Assembly: GCA_964623495.1 (NCBI GenBank)
Contig: CAZUTV010000001.1
Coordinates: 116,454-180,453, forward strand
Length of the DNA stretch: 64,000 bases
From: Candidatus Woesearchaeota archaeon
Lineage (GTDB): Archaea; Nanobdellota; Nanobdellia; Pacearchaeales; GW2011-AR1
Direction: 5' to 3'
Positions 28,306 through 38,335 of the stretch are shown in pieces. The first letter of the stretch is position 1. Every line of letters begins with the position of its first letter. A program made the position numbers and the translations under genes. The notes beneath the pieces are model-generated. The model was not told the origin of the DNA and made no database searches. It was given only the letters and a program-made list of their open reading frames with translations.

Positions 28306-30165
28306 ATGCCCAAAAAAAACTCTGAAAAGCAGATACTGTTCTTGACAATGCTTTTAACTGCAAGCGTGGCAATAAATATCTCAATGGTAATTCTAATTCA
28401 CTTAAATAACAACGAGTCTCCTGCATCTGCAATTGTCAAAACATTCACAGGAAACACCCCTTTTGAGATGATCACAAACCAAGTCATTCAGCAGACAGAA
28501 ATAACAAGAGAACCCATCCCAGAAGAGGAAATAACCCCAACACCAATAGATGAAGAAGAAATACCAATCCAAGAACCTGAAGAAGAGCCAACGACCCCTT
28601 ACGAAGAACTGCTAAAAATCGTTATTGTTGATGAAGACGTTATGCCTGTTCCTTATGCCTATTATGATTATGACAGAGACGGAAATATAGATTTAGTTAG
28701 AAAAGAAGTAGATGGAGATTATTATGTTTATAAAAATAAAGGAACAACAGAAGATAAAATATTTAAAGAAGGTACAAAGCTAAACAATTTAGAAGGCAAC
28801 CAAGTGATTGAAAATTATGCAGCAAAATCAACTTCAAGCGTAACAACTCCTGCAGAAACCCAAGTTTGGCTACCTTTCTCCCATCCACGATATGATTTAT
28901 ACATTGATGAGGCATATTATAATTCAAACGGCAACGGGCCTCTTTTAGATGATTTCTTCAACGAGTTTGATGAAAGATTTGCCTTGCTTGAATCAACAAC
29001 TGACTGGAGTTCTGAAGAAAATTCTGTTTATGGAACAAAATTGAGAATAAACGTAACTGCCACTGCCGGATGCTCTGGTGGAAGTGCTTATTTAGGTTAT
29101 GCAAATATTAAACTCTCAAATCCATTATATATGTCTGGATGCGAAATGGCTTATTTTGAAAACGGAATACCACACTTCAGCAACCCCGGAGAATTAGGAG
29201 ATTGGTGGTTTTATATGGGCACAGCAATTCATGAATCTCTTCACGGAATAAATCCAGACTCAGTCATTATAAGACCTTGGTTAACTGAAGGTTTTTCTCA
29301 ATATCAACAATATGGTATCTTATCAAATTACAATGGAAATGGTTTCCTCGATATAAATCAAGAAACAGCAGACACTTATATTTATCAAGGAACTACGGCA
29401 CATAATTGGCCAGCATATGTGACTAATGATTATCATGACACAACCCCCCAAAACAATGAAATTCAATCTAGTGCTGGTTATTCCATAACTGCCTGGATGT
29501 TTTCAATGATGCGAGACAATCATTCTTTAAATTGGAGTGACTTTTATAACCTCATAGAAAATAACCAAGAAATAAGTGATAAAGCAACACAACTATATCT
29601 CCAAACTAGTACCACTCTTCCTTCAGATATGTATCTCATCGACCTCTTCGGCAGAGCATCAAACCTAACATTTAACCAAACCAAAGCAATCTGGGAATAC
29701 GACGGACCTTCAGGGCCTGGCTGGGGGGTCAGAAACTGGGAACTTTTAGATTGGTATGCTGACTTAACCCCAACAAACATCAGCTTTTCAAAAACAAATC
29801 CTGTTAGCGGAGAAACAATAACAGCAACAGCAAATATTTCTAATAACGGGGGTGTTTCTTTAAATCAAGTTTCTGTAAGGTTTTATGCAACAAACACCTC
29901 TGGAAGCACAGTACTTGTTAATGAACAATTTGTGAATTTCAGCTTTCAATCCAGTAAGCAAGTAAATGTTTCAATCAACTCCAGCTTGCTAAATCCAAAA
30001 TATGGCGTTTACAAAATAACAGTAAAGGTTGACGAACCAAACATAAAAATAGAAACAAATGAGTTGAATAACAATTACTCAAGAAATATTACTTTCTATA
30101 CCCCAAGTGGAGGATCTGGCTGCGGATATGATAAAAGAAATAGAAGATACTATGCCTGCGCTTAG
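28306..30165 (+). CDS. membrane-anchored gluzincin-like metallopeptidase with CARDB domain
   Basis: HESLH followed by WLTEG; ADL...ISNNG...ETNELNN. Confidence 0.75.
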   Translation: MPKKNSEKQILFLTMLLTASVAINISMVILIHLNNNESPASAIVKTFTGNTPFEMITNQVIQQTEITREPIPEEEITPTPIDEEEIPIQEPEEEPTTPYEELLKIVIVDEDVMPVPYAYYDYDRDGNIDLVRKEVDGDYYVYKNKGTTEDKIFKEGTKLNNLEGNQVIENYAAKSTSSVTTPAETQVWLPFSHPRYDLYIDEAYYNSNGNGPLLDDFFNEFDERFALLESTTDWSSEENSVYGTKLRINVTATAGCSGGSAYLGYANIKLSNPLYMSGCEMAYFENGIPHFSNPGELGDWWFYMGTAIHESLHGINPDSVIIRPWLTEGFSQYQQYGILSNYNGNGFLDINQETADTYIYQGTTAHNWPAYVTNDYHDTTPQNNEIQSSAGYSITAWMFSMMRDNHSLNWSDFYNLIENNQEISDKATQLYLQTSTTLPSDMYLIDLFGRASNLTFNQTKAIWEYDGPSGPGWGVRNWELLDWYADLTPTNISFSKTNPVSGETITATANISNNGGVSLNQVSVRFYATNTSGSTVLVNEQFVNFSFQSSKQVNVSINSSLLNPKYGVYKITVKVDEPNIKIETNELNNNYSRNITFYTPSGGSGCGYDKRNRRYYACA

Positions 30166-30367
30166 GATTAATATCTCGTCATCTTGCTAAAATCATTAAA
30201 AACAAATGGGTCCTATACTAAGATTTAGCTCTACAAACTTTTAACCAACTAATACATTAAGTGACCTAAAATGCAGATAAAATTCCAAGATTGTCTCTCT
30301 AAACTAAAAATCAAAATATCTTTCAAGAAATAATAAGCTTTAAATACCAAAAAACCTATAACCTATA

Positions 30368-32908
30368 ATGGAAAAAAGAGGGGTGAAAAAGAGCTTTGTA
30401 ATCTTTGCTCTTTTTATAATATTCACACTTTCTATTTCATTAGTTTCTGCAAGTTTTTTCGCTGATTTCTTTAAAAAATTCATTACAGGAAGAGCCACTG
30501 GTGGTGAAGGCACTAACTGTGTTGATTCAGACGGACAGTGGAATTATAATGTTGCAGGAACAGTAACTTTGGGTATTGATGAAGGATCGGTAGTATATTA
30601 TGATGTTTGTGAAGAAAATATTGCTTATGATTATTACTGTGATGTGGGTGATCCATTTTATGCGAAAGCATTTCTTCCACTCACAGGAGGGGTTATAGGT
30701 GACCCTCCTTTGCCTGCCAAGGTATCAAGTAGAAACTGTGCCGAATCTGGCCAAATCTGCTGGAGCGGAGGCAGGTGTGGCTGCAACATTGCTGGAAAAA
30801 TAACCTGCGGGCCTCCTGAAGCAGGAATTGGGGTTTGCACAAGCGGAACAACCACCTGCAGCAATGGAAATTACGGACCGTGTACTGGAGCAGTTTATCC
30901 TTCAACAGAAATTTGTGATGGATTAGACAATAATTGTAACCATGCTGTTGATGATTATGCTACTTGCCCAAGCGGGCAAACCTGCACAGGAGGACAGTGT
31001 GTTCAAAGCGCATGCACCCCTGCAACATGTACTAGTCTGGGAAAACAATGTGGATCTTGGACTAATGGAACTTGCAGTGGAACAGTAAATTGTGGAAGTT
31101 GTTCTACAGGATACATTTGTAACGAAGGCGTATGTGAACCACAACAATGCACCCCAAATATAGATAAATTAGATTGCACAGTCCCAAACAAACAAGGGAT
31201 ATGTGCTCAGGGCCAAAAAACATGTTTAGCTGATGGAAGTGGCTACGGAATATGTCAGCAAGTAGTTCAACCAACAACAGAAACCTGCAATAACTTAGAT
31301 GATAATTGCGATGGAACAATAGATAATTCAACAGACGCTAACAATTGGTGCCAAGCACAACCGTCATACGGTGCAAACTACACTTGCATCGGAGGTTCAT
31401 GTATTCCACCATCTTGTCAGACAAAAACAAAAACCCAAGTATGTGATGATCAAAACATAAGGTGTGGGGAAGTTTCTGACGGCTGTGGGGGAACAATTAG
31501 CTGTGGTGTTTGTGGGCAAGGATTAACATGCACAAACGGCCAGTGTGTACAAGGCCAGGAATGCACACAAGATTCTAACTGCGCTTCTGGAAAAATATGC
31601 ACAAATTCCGGCAAGTGCAAAAATCAGTGTACGGATTTAGATGGCGACGGAAGAATCAAAGAATCAGCGGCAAGCTTTAACTCAGCATCTGGTTGCGGTT
31701 ACAGACCAACAACATCCAACAACCCACAAGGTTTAGCAATGAACACTATACCTAACTACCAGCTCCTTGCAACAGGCACTGATGACGCTCCTTTAGGATA
31801 CGAAGACTGCAATGATACTGATCCAAAAATCTACCCCGGAGCAGCAGAAACGTGCAACAATATAGACGACAATTGCAACAATGAAATAGACGACGGCCTT
31901 ATAGGAAACCAGCTGACTTGTGTTACAGAAGAATACGGATGCATAGGTGTTTTTCAGGACTGCTATTTTGGGGTCCATTATGATTCCTGTTCATCTTTGA
32001 ATTTTAAAGATGCCCAAGCAGCAGAAGTTTGCGGAGATAACTTCGATGATAACTGCGATGCTGATGGAAGTCTCGTTGACGGATGCACTCAGCCATGCAC
32101 TGATGGAGACACCTCTTCATGTAGGACAGACAACCCTTGTGAAGAAGCAGAGCAAACCTGCACAAACGGAGTATGGGGAGCATGTAAGGTGGTATCCACA
32201 GATCCTGATTGCGATGAAGAAACCGCATGCACTCCTTTGGAACAGGAAATTTGCGGAAAGAATGTGGGGATCTGCTCTGTAGGATCCAGAACCTGCAAGA
32301 CAGACGGAACATGGGGAGAGTGCACTGATGTAAAGCCAGTATCTGAAATATGTAATGATAATCTAGATAATGACTGTGACGAAGAAACAGATGAAAACTG
32401 CCAAACAGGTTCATCAAGCTCTTCCTCATCAAGTTCTAGCTCTTCAAGCAGTTCTTCTTCGGGCGGAGGAATAGAAGAAGAAAACACAAGCTTCTGGGAC
32501 AGACTAATTAACTTTTTCCTTGCAATATTCAGAGTAGGCCAGGTATTGCTCGGAGGATCAATAACTCCTTCAACAACTCCTGCTGCAACAGAAGTATTCT
32601 GTGCAGATTCAGATAATGGAAAATCTATCTTTGTAAAAGGCACAGGAGAGGGGCTTAACATGCAGGATATAAAAACATTCTTCACAGATACCTGCTTTGA
32701 AGGCGATTTAAATAATCAGGTTGAATCGTGCTTAGACGAAAATTGCTACCTAGCAGAACATTTCTGCGAAAACAAGTATGTAAAATATGAAAGAGAAGAA
32801 TGTGACTTCGGATGTTCTCAGGGCGCATGTCTTCCAACAGAACAAAGCCAGAATTGTGAGCCTTACCTTGATGAAGAAACATTCCAACTGGTAAACCCTT
32901 GTGAATGA
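30368..32908 (+). CDS. secreted Cys-rich surface protein with MopE-like putative metal-binding repeats
   Basis: Five ExCxxxDxxC units (e.g. EICDGLDNNC, PGAAETCNNIDDNC), poly-Ser linker. Confidence 0.8.
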   Translation: MEKRGVKKSFVIFALFIIFTLSISLVSASFFADFFKKFITGRATGGEGTNCVDSDGQWNYNVAGTVTLGIDEGSVVYYDVCEENIAYDYYCDVGDPFYAKAFLPLTGGVIGDPPLPAKVSSRNCAESGQICWSGGRCGCNIAGKITCGPPEAGIGVCTSGTTTCSNGNYGPCTGAVYPSTEICDGLDNNCNHAVDDYATCPSGQTCTGGQCVQSACTPATCTSLGKQCGSWTNGTCSGTVNCGSCSTGYICNEGVCEPQQCTPNIDKLDCTVPNKQGICAQGQKTCLADGSGYGICQQVVQPTTETCNNLDDNCDGTIDNSTDANNWCQAQPSYGANYTCIGGSCIPPSCQTKTKTQVCDDQNIRCGEVSDGCGGTISCGVCGQGLTCTNGQCVQGQECTQDSNCASGKICTNSGKCKNQCTDLDGDGRIKESAASFNSASGCGYRPTTSNNPQGLAMNTIPNYQLLATGTDDAPLGYEDCNDTDPKIYPGAAETCNNIDDNCNNEIDDGLIGNQLTCVTEEYGCIGVFQDCYFGVHYDSCSSLNFKDAQAAEVCGDNFDDNCDADGSLVDGCTQPCTDGDTSSCRTDNPCEEAEQTCTNGVWGACKVVSTDPDCDEETACTPLEQEICGKNVGICSVGSRTCKTDGTWGECTDVKPVSEICNDNLDNDCDEETDENCQTGSSSSSSSSSSSSSSSSSGGGIEEENTSFWDRLINFFLAIFRVGQVLLGGSITPSTTPAATEVFCADSDNGKSIFVKGTGEGLNMQDIKTFFTDTCFEGDLNNQVESCLDENCYLAEHFCENKYVKYEREECDFGCSQGACLPTEQSQNCEPYLDEETFQLVNPCE

Positions 32909-33056
32909 TTCTATTTTTTATAATTTAGGGATATTAATAAAAAGCAGGTAATAAAGAATAATGTATTCCTAACTAAGAATATAATAGTTCACAATCTCTC
33001 CAAACTTAACAGACCATCAAATAAATATTTATAATCTCCCTAATTCTTACTAAATT

Positions 33057-33860
33057 ATGGCCACATACTCATACTCAAGACTAACTACCTTTGAGCAATG
33101 CCCTTTGAAATTCAAATTTAGGTATATTGACAGGATAATTCCCAAAATAGAAAAGAGTTTTGAGGCACATCTTGGCAAAGTAGTCCACTCTTCCTTAGAA
33201 TGGCTATATACCCAGGTTAAAGAAAACAAGATTCCAGGCATAGATGAGCTAATCTCCGAATATATAAATAACTGGCAGGAAGAATACTCTCCAGAAATGA
33301 TAAATAACACAAGTTTAACGCCAGAAGACTATCTCAATAAGGGAATCCAGTTCCTTACTACTTACTACACCCAAAACCATCCGTTTGATGATAATACCAT
33401 AGAAGTCGAAAAAGAAATTATTGTTGAGCTTGATGGCAAGGAGCATAAAATTCTCGGCTTTATAGATCGGCTTGCATACAACATCCAAACAGGAGAATAT
33501 GAAATCCACGACTATAAAACAGCCAACAATCCACCTTCAAAGGAAAAATTAGAAAAAGACAGGCAGCTGGCCCTATACTCTCTAGCAATAAAAAGCATAT
33601 ACGGTCAGGAAAAAGAAGTCAAGATGGTCTGGCACTTTCTTGCATACAACACAAGAGTGAGTATAAAAAAAACAAACCAAGAATTGGATCAATTGAAAAA
33701 AGAAACCCTTGAGCTAATAAACAAAATAGAATCTACAAAAGAATTCTCTCCTTGCAAGTCTCCTCTATGCAACTGGTGTGAATATAAGCCAATCTGCCCT
33801 GCTTGGGGAAACGCCGAAATAAATAAGTATCCGACCCTAAAGAAATACATCAAGGAATAA
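33057..33860 (+). CDS. PD-(D/E)XK nuclease, RecB/Cas4-like with Fe-S Cys staple
   Basis: SYSRL..FEQCP, GFIDRL, HDYKT, QLALY, CNWCEYKPICP. Confidence 0.88.
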   Translation: MATYSYSRLTTFEQCPLKFKFRYIDRIIPKIEKSFEAHLGKVVHSSLEWLYTQVKENKIPGIDELISEYINNWQEEYSPEMINNTSLTPEDYLNKGIQFLTTYYTQNHPFDDNTIEVEKEIIVELDGKEHKILGFIDRLAYNIQTGEYEIHDYKTANNPPSKEKLEKDRQLALYSLAIKSIYGQEKEVKMVWHFLAYNTRVSIKKTNQELDQLKKETLELINKIESTKEFSPCKSPLCNWCEYKPICPAWGNAEINKYPTLKKYIKE

Positions 33861-33901
33861 AAACCTTTAAAAAAAGCAATTTCCTTTATTAATCATAAAA
33901 G

Positions 33902-34228
33902 ATGGTGAAGAATAAGCCTTTTGAAAAAAGGTTTCCAAAAACTAATAAAGGAAAAGACTTAGAGCTTCCTGTATGGACTGCAGATGGATTTGTTGGAATT
34001 CTTGGCTTAATGATATACAACTTTATTCTTTACTTACTCAAAATTGCAGGGGCAGGTGGAATAATTGCAAAAATGGAAGAAACAATGGGCTATTTCACAT
34101 TAAATACTTTCGTTGATCTTGGGTTTTCCCCTGGAGAAATGTTCTTTGGGTTGATAATAACCTTGATAGTTTCATTTTTGCTTGGAGTTTTCATAGCAAA
34201 AATAGTGAGAAAAAACAGAAAAAGATAA
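33902..34228 (+). CDS. small membrane protein; N-terminus encoded by a palindromic repeat
   Basis: Two TM segments; NKPFEKRFPK at start. Confidence 0.7.
   Translation: MVKNKPFEKRFPKTNKGKDLELPVWTADGFVGILGLMIYNFILYLLKIAGAGGIIAKMEETMGYFTLNTFVDLGFSPGEMFFGLIITLIVSFLLGVFIAKIVRKNRKR
33911..33940 (+). repeat. AACCTTT-AAAGGTT palindromic repeat, in-frame copy
   Basis: AATAAGCCTTTTGAAAAAAGGTTTCCAAAA resembles the units at 59.1 and 59.3 kb. Confidence 0.6.
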
Positions 34229-34250
34229 AAAATAAAAAATTTTAATTCTG

Positions 34251-34333
34251 ATTAGAATCTTCTTGGATTTCTTCCGGAGTTTTTACAAAGTAAAACTACG
34301 TGAAATCTGAATTAGAATCTTCTTGGATTTCTT
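34251..34333. repeat. 23-bp direct repeat (34251-34273 and 34311-34333) flanking a hairpin
   Basis: ATTAGAATCTTCTTGGATTTCTT twice, 60 bp apart; TTTTAC-AAA-GTAAAA between. Confidence 0.85.
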
Positions 34334-34509
34334 TTATTATAGCAATCTTTGCAGTAAACTGGCTTGCCTTCTGTTGGCTTGAAAGGAACTTCACAGTCTT
34401 TCTTACATTCAGAACATACTGCTTTGTGCATTTCTCTAGGTCCGCCAAAATCTCTTCTGGGTCCCCTATTAAAACCGCCACTTCTTGGTCTGTCATCAAA
34501 TCTTCCCAT
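34312..34509 (-). CDS. CxxC-x17-CxxC domain protein
   Basis: MHKAVCSECKKDCEVPFKPTEGKPVYCKDCY; GGAGGT SD. Confidence 0.9.
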   Translation of the reverse strand: MGRFDDRPRSGGFNRGPRRDFGGPREMHKAVCSECKKDCEVPFKPTEGKPVYCKDCYNKRNPRRF

Positions 34510-34618
34510 GATATAATACCTCCATACACTACTATATAGAAAAAGCTACTTTGTTTGTTTCTTGTTCTATACTAAAAAAAAGACAAATTCTGGGTATTTA
34601 AAGATATGGATTGGGGTT

Positions 34619-34864
34619 TTAAACCGTTCTTGCAATTATTCTGGGCAAAGCGCAGATCCTAAGGAAATTTGTAGAAGAATCTTGGATATAAGTTGCAACT
34701 GAGGTTCTAAACCCCGCCACTCTCAATTCAAGCCCTTCATTACTAGTCATTGATCCATTATCTGGATTATAAAAAATACTCTCACTCATTCTAGGCAAAG
34801 AATCTAAATCAACAATAGCTTCTGACCATGAACCTTCTTGATTATAAAGTAAAGAACATCTCAT
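34619..34864 (-). CDS. small hypothetical protein
   Basis: ORF from ATG 34864 with TATA upstream. Confidence 0.45.
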   Translation of the reverse strand: MRCSLLYNQEGSWSEAIVDLDSLPRMSESIFYNPDNGSMTSNEGLELRVAGFRTSVATYIQDSSTNFLRICALPRIIARTV

Positions 34865-34911
34865 AAAAAAATATAAGATCAATATTTTTAAAGATTTATA
34901 TAAAAAATAAA

Positions 34912-37419
34912 CTATTTATTTTCCTCTTCAATAATCCCGCCGTTCCCATTCTCTTCAACAACCCTTGCAATGTCAGTTACAGAGTCGCCTGCTTGCAATT
35001 TAACTACACGAACTCCCTGCGCAGATCTTCCCATAACCCTAATATTATCCAAGCTAGTCCTAATAACAATTCCCTTGGCTGTAGAGATAATCAAGCCATC
35101 GCTGTCATTTACAGAAACAGTATTAACGACATCCCCTGTCTTGTCCGAGATTTTTACATTAATCACGCCTTTTCCCGCTCTTGCGGTTTTCCTATAATCT
35201 TCTACAACAGTTCTTTTTCCGTATCCATTCTTTGTAATGGTGAATATTGCTGCTGTTTCTAAAACCTCCAGGCTGACCACTTCATCATTTCCATCAAGTT
35301 TTATTCCAGTAACCCCATAGCTGGATCTCCCCATCTCACGAACTTCACTTTCATTGAATCTAATCGCCTTTCCGTGTTTTGTAGCAAGCAATATTTCCTG
35401 GCCTTTCTTTAAAAGTTCAACACCAATAAGATTGTCAGAATTATCTGCAGGAAGACTTATTGCCCTAATTCCAGAAGCCCTTGGATTTGAAAAATGGCTT
35501 AAAGCTATTTTTTTAACAACGCCTTTTTTGGTTGCCATAAACAAGTGATCATCAAACTTCTTCACGCTTATAACCTTGGTTACATTTTCATTGCTTAAAT
35601 TTAACATGTTTATTATTGCTTTTCCTTTCCCGTATCTCTCTGCTTCAGGAACCTCATAAGCCTTAAGCCATAACACTCTTCCCCTTGAAGTAAAAAACAT
35701 CAAATAATCGTGAGTCGAGCAGGAGATAAGCTGCTTTACAAAATCTCCGGTGGCTAATCCACTCCCTATAACTCCTTTTCCTCCTCTTTTCTGCTCTTTG
35801 TAAGTCTTAACGTCCATTCTCTTGCAATATCCTTTGTCAGTTATAGTAATAATGACTTCCTTCATTTGAATAAGATCTTTCTCAGAAATCTCGCTTACTC
35901 TTTGCAGTACCTGTGTCCTTCTTTTATCCCCATACTTATTTTTCAACTCAGAGACTTCCTTGGTAATAATCTTCAAAACCTCCTTAACATCTGCCAATAT
36001 TGCTTCAAGCTCTGCAATTTTTTTCTTCAATTCCTCAGCTTCTTTTTTTAACTTTTCAACTTCAAGAGAAGTAAGCTGCTGCAACTTAGTTTCAAGAACA
36101 GCCTGTGCCTGCTTCTTAGTCAGCTTAAACTTGCTCATTAAAGAATCGGAAGCTTCTGCAGCAGTTTTTGACTTCTTAATCAAAGTTATTATTTCATCAA
36201 TATTCTTTAATGCAATTAACAATCCCTCAACAATCTCCTGCCTCTCCTTAGCAACCTTCAGCTCAAATTTTGTCCTATTAGTTATGATATGTTTTCTATA
36301 TTTGACATATTCTGAAAGAAAATCTTTAATGTTTAAAACTCTCGGCTGTCCGTTGACCAATGTAAGAAAGTTAGCACTAAACGAATCCTGAAGCCTAGTG
36401 TATTTATACAAAGAGTTAATTACAAATTTGGAATTGGTTCCTTTTCTTAATTCAAGAACAATTCTTATCTTGCCCTTAGCACTCTCGTCCCTTAAATCAG
36501 ACACATCCTTTATTTTCTTGTTCTGGATCATATCTGCTATTTGGGTTATTAAATCTGTTTTATTAACCATATAAGGAATCTCGGTTATAACAACAGCCTC
36601 CTTATTCTTTAAAGTCTCTACGCTTGTTCTTCCTCTAACCAGCATCTTTCCCTTTCCGGCCTTATACATTTCAAGCATATTTCCCTGCACTAAACCGCCG
36701 GTTGGAAAATCAGGGCCGTTAATGACATTACATATGTCCTCGATAGATATATCTGGATTTTTTATATAAGAAATAATTGCATCACAAACTTCAACTAAAT
36801 TGTGGGGGGGGATATTTGTAGCCATCCCGACAGCAATTCCACTAGCGCCATTTAAGATCAAAGCAGGAAGCTTTCCGGGAAGCAATTCTGGCTCTTTCAT
36901 AGAATTATCATAATTAGGAATAAACTTCACGGTTTCTTTGTCAATATCTTGAAGCAGTTCCATAGAAATTGGAAGAAGCCTTGCCTCAGTATACCTCTGT
37001 GCTGCAGGCGGATCTCCATCAATGCTCCCAAAATTTCCCTGTCCAAAAACAAGAGGATATCTTAATGAAAAATCCTGGGCCATTCTTACTAAAGCATCAT
37101 AAACAGCAGCGTCCCCGTGAGGATGGAACTTACCCATAGTATCTCCAACAATTCTGGCAGATTTTTTGGTTTGAGTGCCGGGCTTTAACCCCATAAGGTT
37201 CATTGCATGGAGAATTCTTCTCTGAACAGGCTTTAATCCGTCTTCAATTGAAGGAATTGCCCTAGAAACAATAACACTCATAGCATAATCAAGGTAAGAT
37301 TTTTTGACTTCTTCAGATATCTCTGTCTGAAAAACTCCTTTTTCTGATTCGACATTATGGCGATTCAAACCGGGCTTGCGAGTGTCTATCTCTTTTCCGT
37401 TTTCTTTTTCGTCGGTCAT
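34912..37419 (-). CDS. gyrA: DNA gyrase subunit A
   Basis: [32 protein letters not shown], GyrA-box QKRGGKG, beta-pinwheel repeats. Confidence 0.96.
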   Translation of the reverse strand: MTDEKENGKEIDTRKPGLNRHNVESEKGVFQTEISEEVKKSYLDYAMSVIVSRAIPSIEDGLKPVQRRILHAMNLMGLKPGTQTKKSARIVGDTMGKFHPHGDAAVYDALVRMAQDFSLRYPLVFGQGNFGSIDGDPPAAQRYTEARLLPISMELLQDIDKETVKFIPNYDNSMKEPELLPGKLPALILNGASGIAVGMATNIPPHNLVEVCDAIISYIKNPDISIEDICNVINGPDFPTGGLVQGNMLEMYKAGKGKMLVRGRTSVETLKNKEAVVITEIPYMVNKTDLITQIADMIQNKKIKDVSDLRDESAKGKIRIVLELRKGTNSKFVINSLYKYTRLQDSFSANFLTLVNGQPRVLNIKDFLSEYVKYRKHIITNRTKFELKVAKERQEIVEGLLIALKNIDEIITLIKKSKTAAEASDSLMSKFKLTKKQAQAVLETKLQQLTSLEVEKLKKEAEELKKKIAELEAILADVKEVLKIITKEVSELKNKYGDKRRTQVLQRVSEISEKDLIQMKEVIITITDKGYCKRMDVKTYKEQKRGGKGVIGSGLATGDFVKQLISCSTHDYLMFFTSRGRVLWLKAYEVPEAERYGKGKAIINMLNLSNENVTKVISVKKFDDHLFMATKKGVVKKIALSHFSNPRASGIRAISLPADNSDNLIGVELLKKGQEILLATKHGKAIRFNESEVREMGRSSYGVTGIKLDGNDEVVSLEVLETAAIFTITKNGYGKRTVVEDYRKTARAGKGVINVKISDKTGDVVNTVSVNDSDGLIISTAKGIVIRTSLDNIRVMGRSAQGVRVVKLQAGDSVTDIARVVEENGNGGIIEEENK

Positions 37420-37598
37420 TTTTTATAATGAATAATCATTTTTGCAACAGCATTTACTTCAAAATCAACACTTTCCTGTGAATCCTGCAACTCAAGCAGT
37501 TTCTTTATCAGCTTTTGTATCTGCTCGTCATTCAAAGCGAAATCTATTGCTCCATCCACGTCTACTTCTGTTTCATCAAAAGCGTCTATATATTTCAT
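37416..37598 (-). CDS. small hypothetical protein
   Basis: 60-aa ORF overlapping the gyrA start by 4 bp. Confidence 0.6.
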   Translation of the reverse strand: MKYIDAFDETEVDVDGAIDFALNDEQIQKLIKKLLELQDSQESVDFEVNAVAKMIIHYKK

Positions 37599-37599
37599 T

Positions 37600-37851
37600 T
37601 TATTCTTGCTCCATCTTTTTCAGGAATTCCTCCTCTGAAAGTTCTTGCTCTTTGATATCTTTTCCTATCCACTTACATTTTTTGCATTCCCACTCCCCTT
37701 TTCCTTTTCCTTCTTCGTAGCCAAGAACAACTCCTACGTCGCTGTTTTCGCACTTAGGACATACTCTTAACTTATAGGTTTTCCCGACTTTCTTTTTCTG
37801 GGGCGCTTTCCTTCCTTTCAAAATCCAATCCGGCGTCTGTATTTTACCCAT
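37600..37851 (-). CDS. zinc-ribbon protein
   Basis: CPKC...WECKKC. Confidence 0.75.
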   Translation of the reverse strand: MGKIQTPDWILKGRKAPQKKKVGKTYKLRVCPKCENSDVGVVLGYEEGKGKGEWECKKCKWIGKDIKEQELSEEEFLKKMEQE

Positions 37852-37862
37852 GGTGTTTTTTG

Positions 37863-38021
37863 TTATTTCTCCATTTTCTCCTCATTTACTTCGGGAAATA
37901 TATAAGACATAAACCCGCAATCGTGGCACACCCACTGCTGAGGGGCACCCATAACTAAGAGTACATTAAGCTCTTTCCCAACATTCACTGACTTGCACTT
38001 CGGACAAAATATTTTCCCCAT
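37863..38021 (-). CDS. 52-aa zinc-ribbon protein (absent from ORF track)
   Basis: MGKIFCPKCKSVNVG...WVCHDCGF...; fills the gap in the operon. Confidence 0.75.
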   Translation of the reverse strand: MGKIFCPKCKSVNVGKELNVLLVMGAPQQWVCHDCGFMSYIFPEVNEEKMEK

Positions 38022-38022
38022 T

Positions 38023-38334
38023 TTATTTCAACTCGCTCTCCACCCAGTTTAGATATTCACTATATCCTTTCTCAATATTAACAGCTATGATTTCTAGAGT
38101 GTCATATCTACTATTTTTAATAAGAAATTCTTTTAAAGAATCATATTTTTTATCTATAGTTTTTATCATTAATCTAAATTCCTTTGAACTATCTAACTTA
38201 CCTTTCCAGTTATAGTAACTCTTTATCTCGCTTATTTGAACACAAGCACCCAATTTAGCAGAAACTATTTTCTCAGCTAACTCTTCTGCATCATTCTTAT
38301 TTCCGGTAGTTGTAATTACAATTATAAATTTCAT
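38023..38334 (-). CDS. cutA: divalent-cation tolerance protein CutA
   Basis: LGACVQI...SYYNWKG...E..L.IKT...Y...EIIA...YLNW; ATG 38334. Confidence 0.88.
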   Translation of the reverse strand: MKFIIVITTTGNKNDAEELAEKIVSAKLGACVQISEIKSYYNWKGKLDSSKEFRLMIKTIDKKYDSLKEFLIKNSRYDTLEIIAVNIEKGYSEYLNWVESELK

Positions 38335-38335
38335 T

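Noticed and set aside
32410..32470. Poly-Ser tract (and poly-Gly at 48198-48232) as functional tandem repeats
   Set aside because: Mixed codons; ordinary low-complexity linkers in surface proteins.
34251..34333. Mini CRISPR array (23-bp repeat, 37-bp spacer) near a Cas4-like nuclease
   Set aside because: Only two repeats, one being the coding 3' end of a gene; no cas1/cas2; the nuclease is a generic solo PD-(D/E)XK protein.
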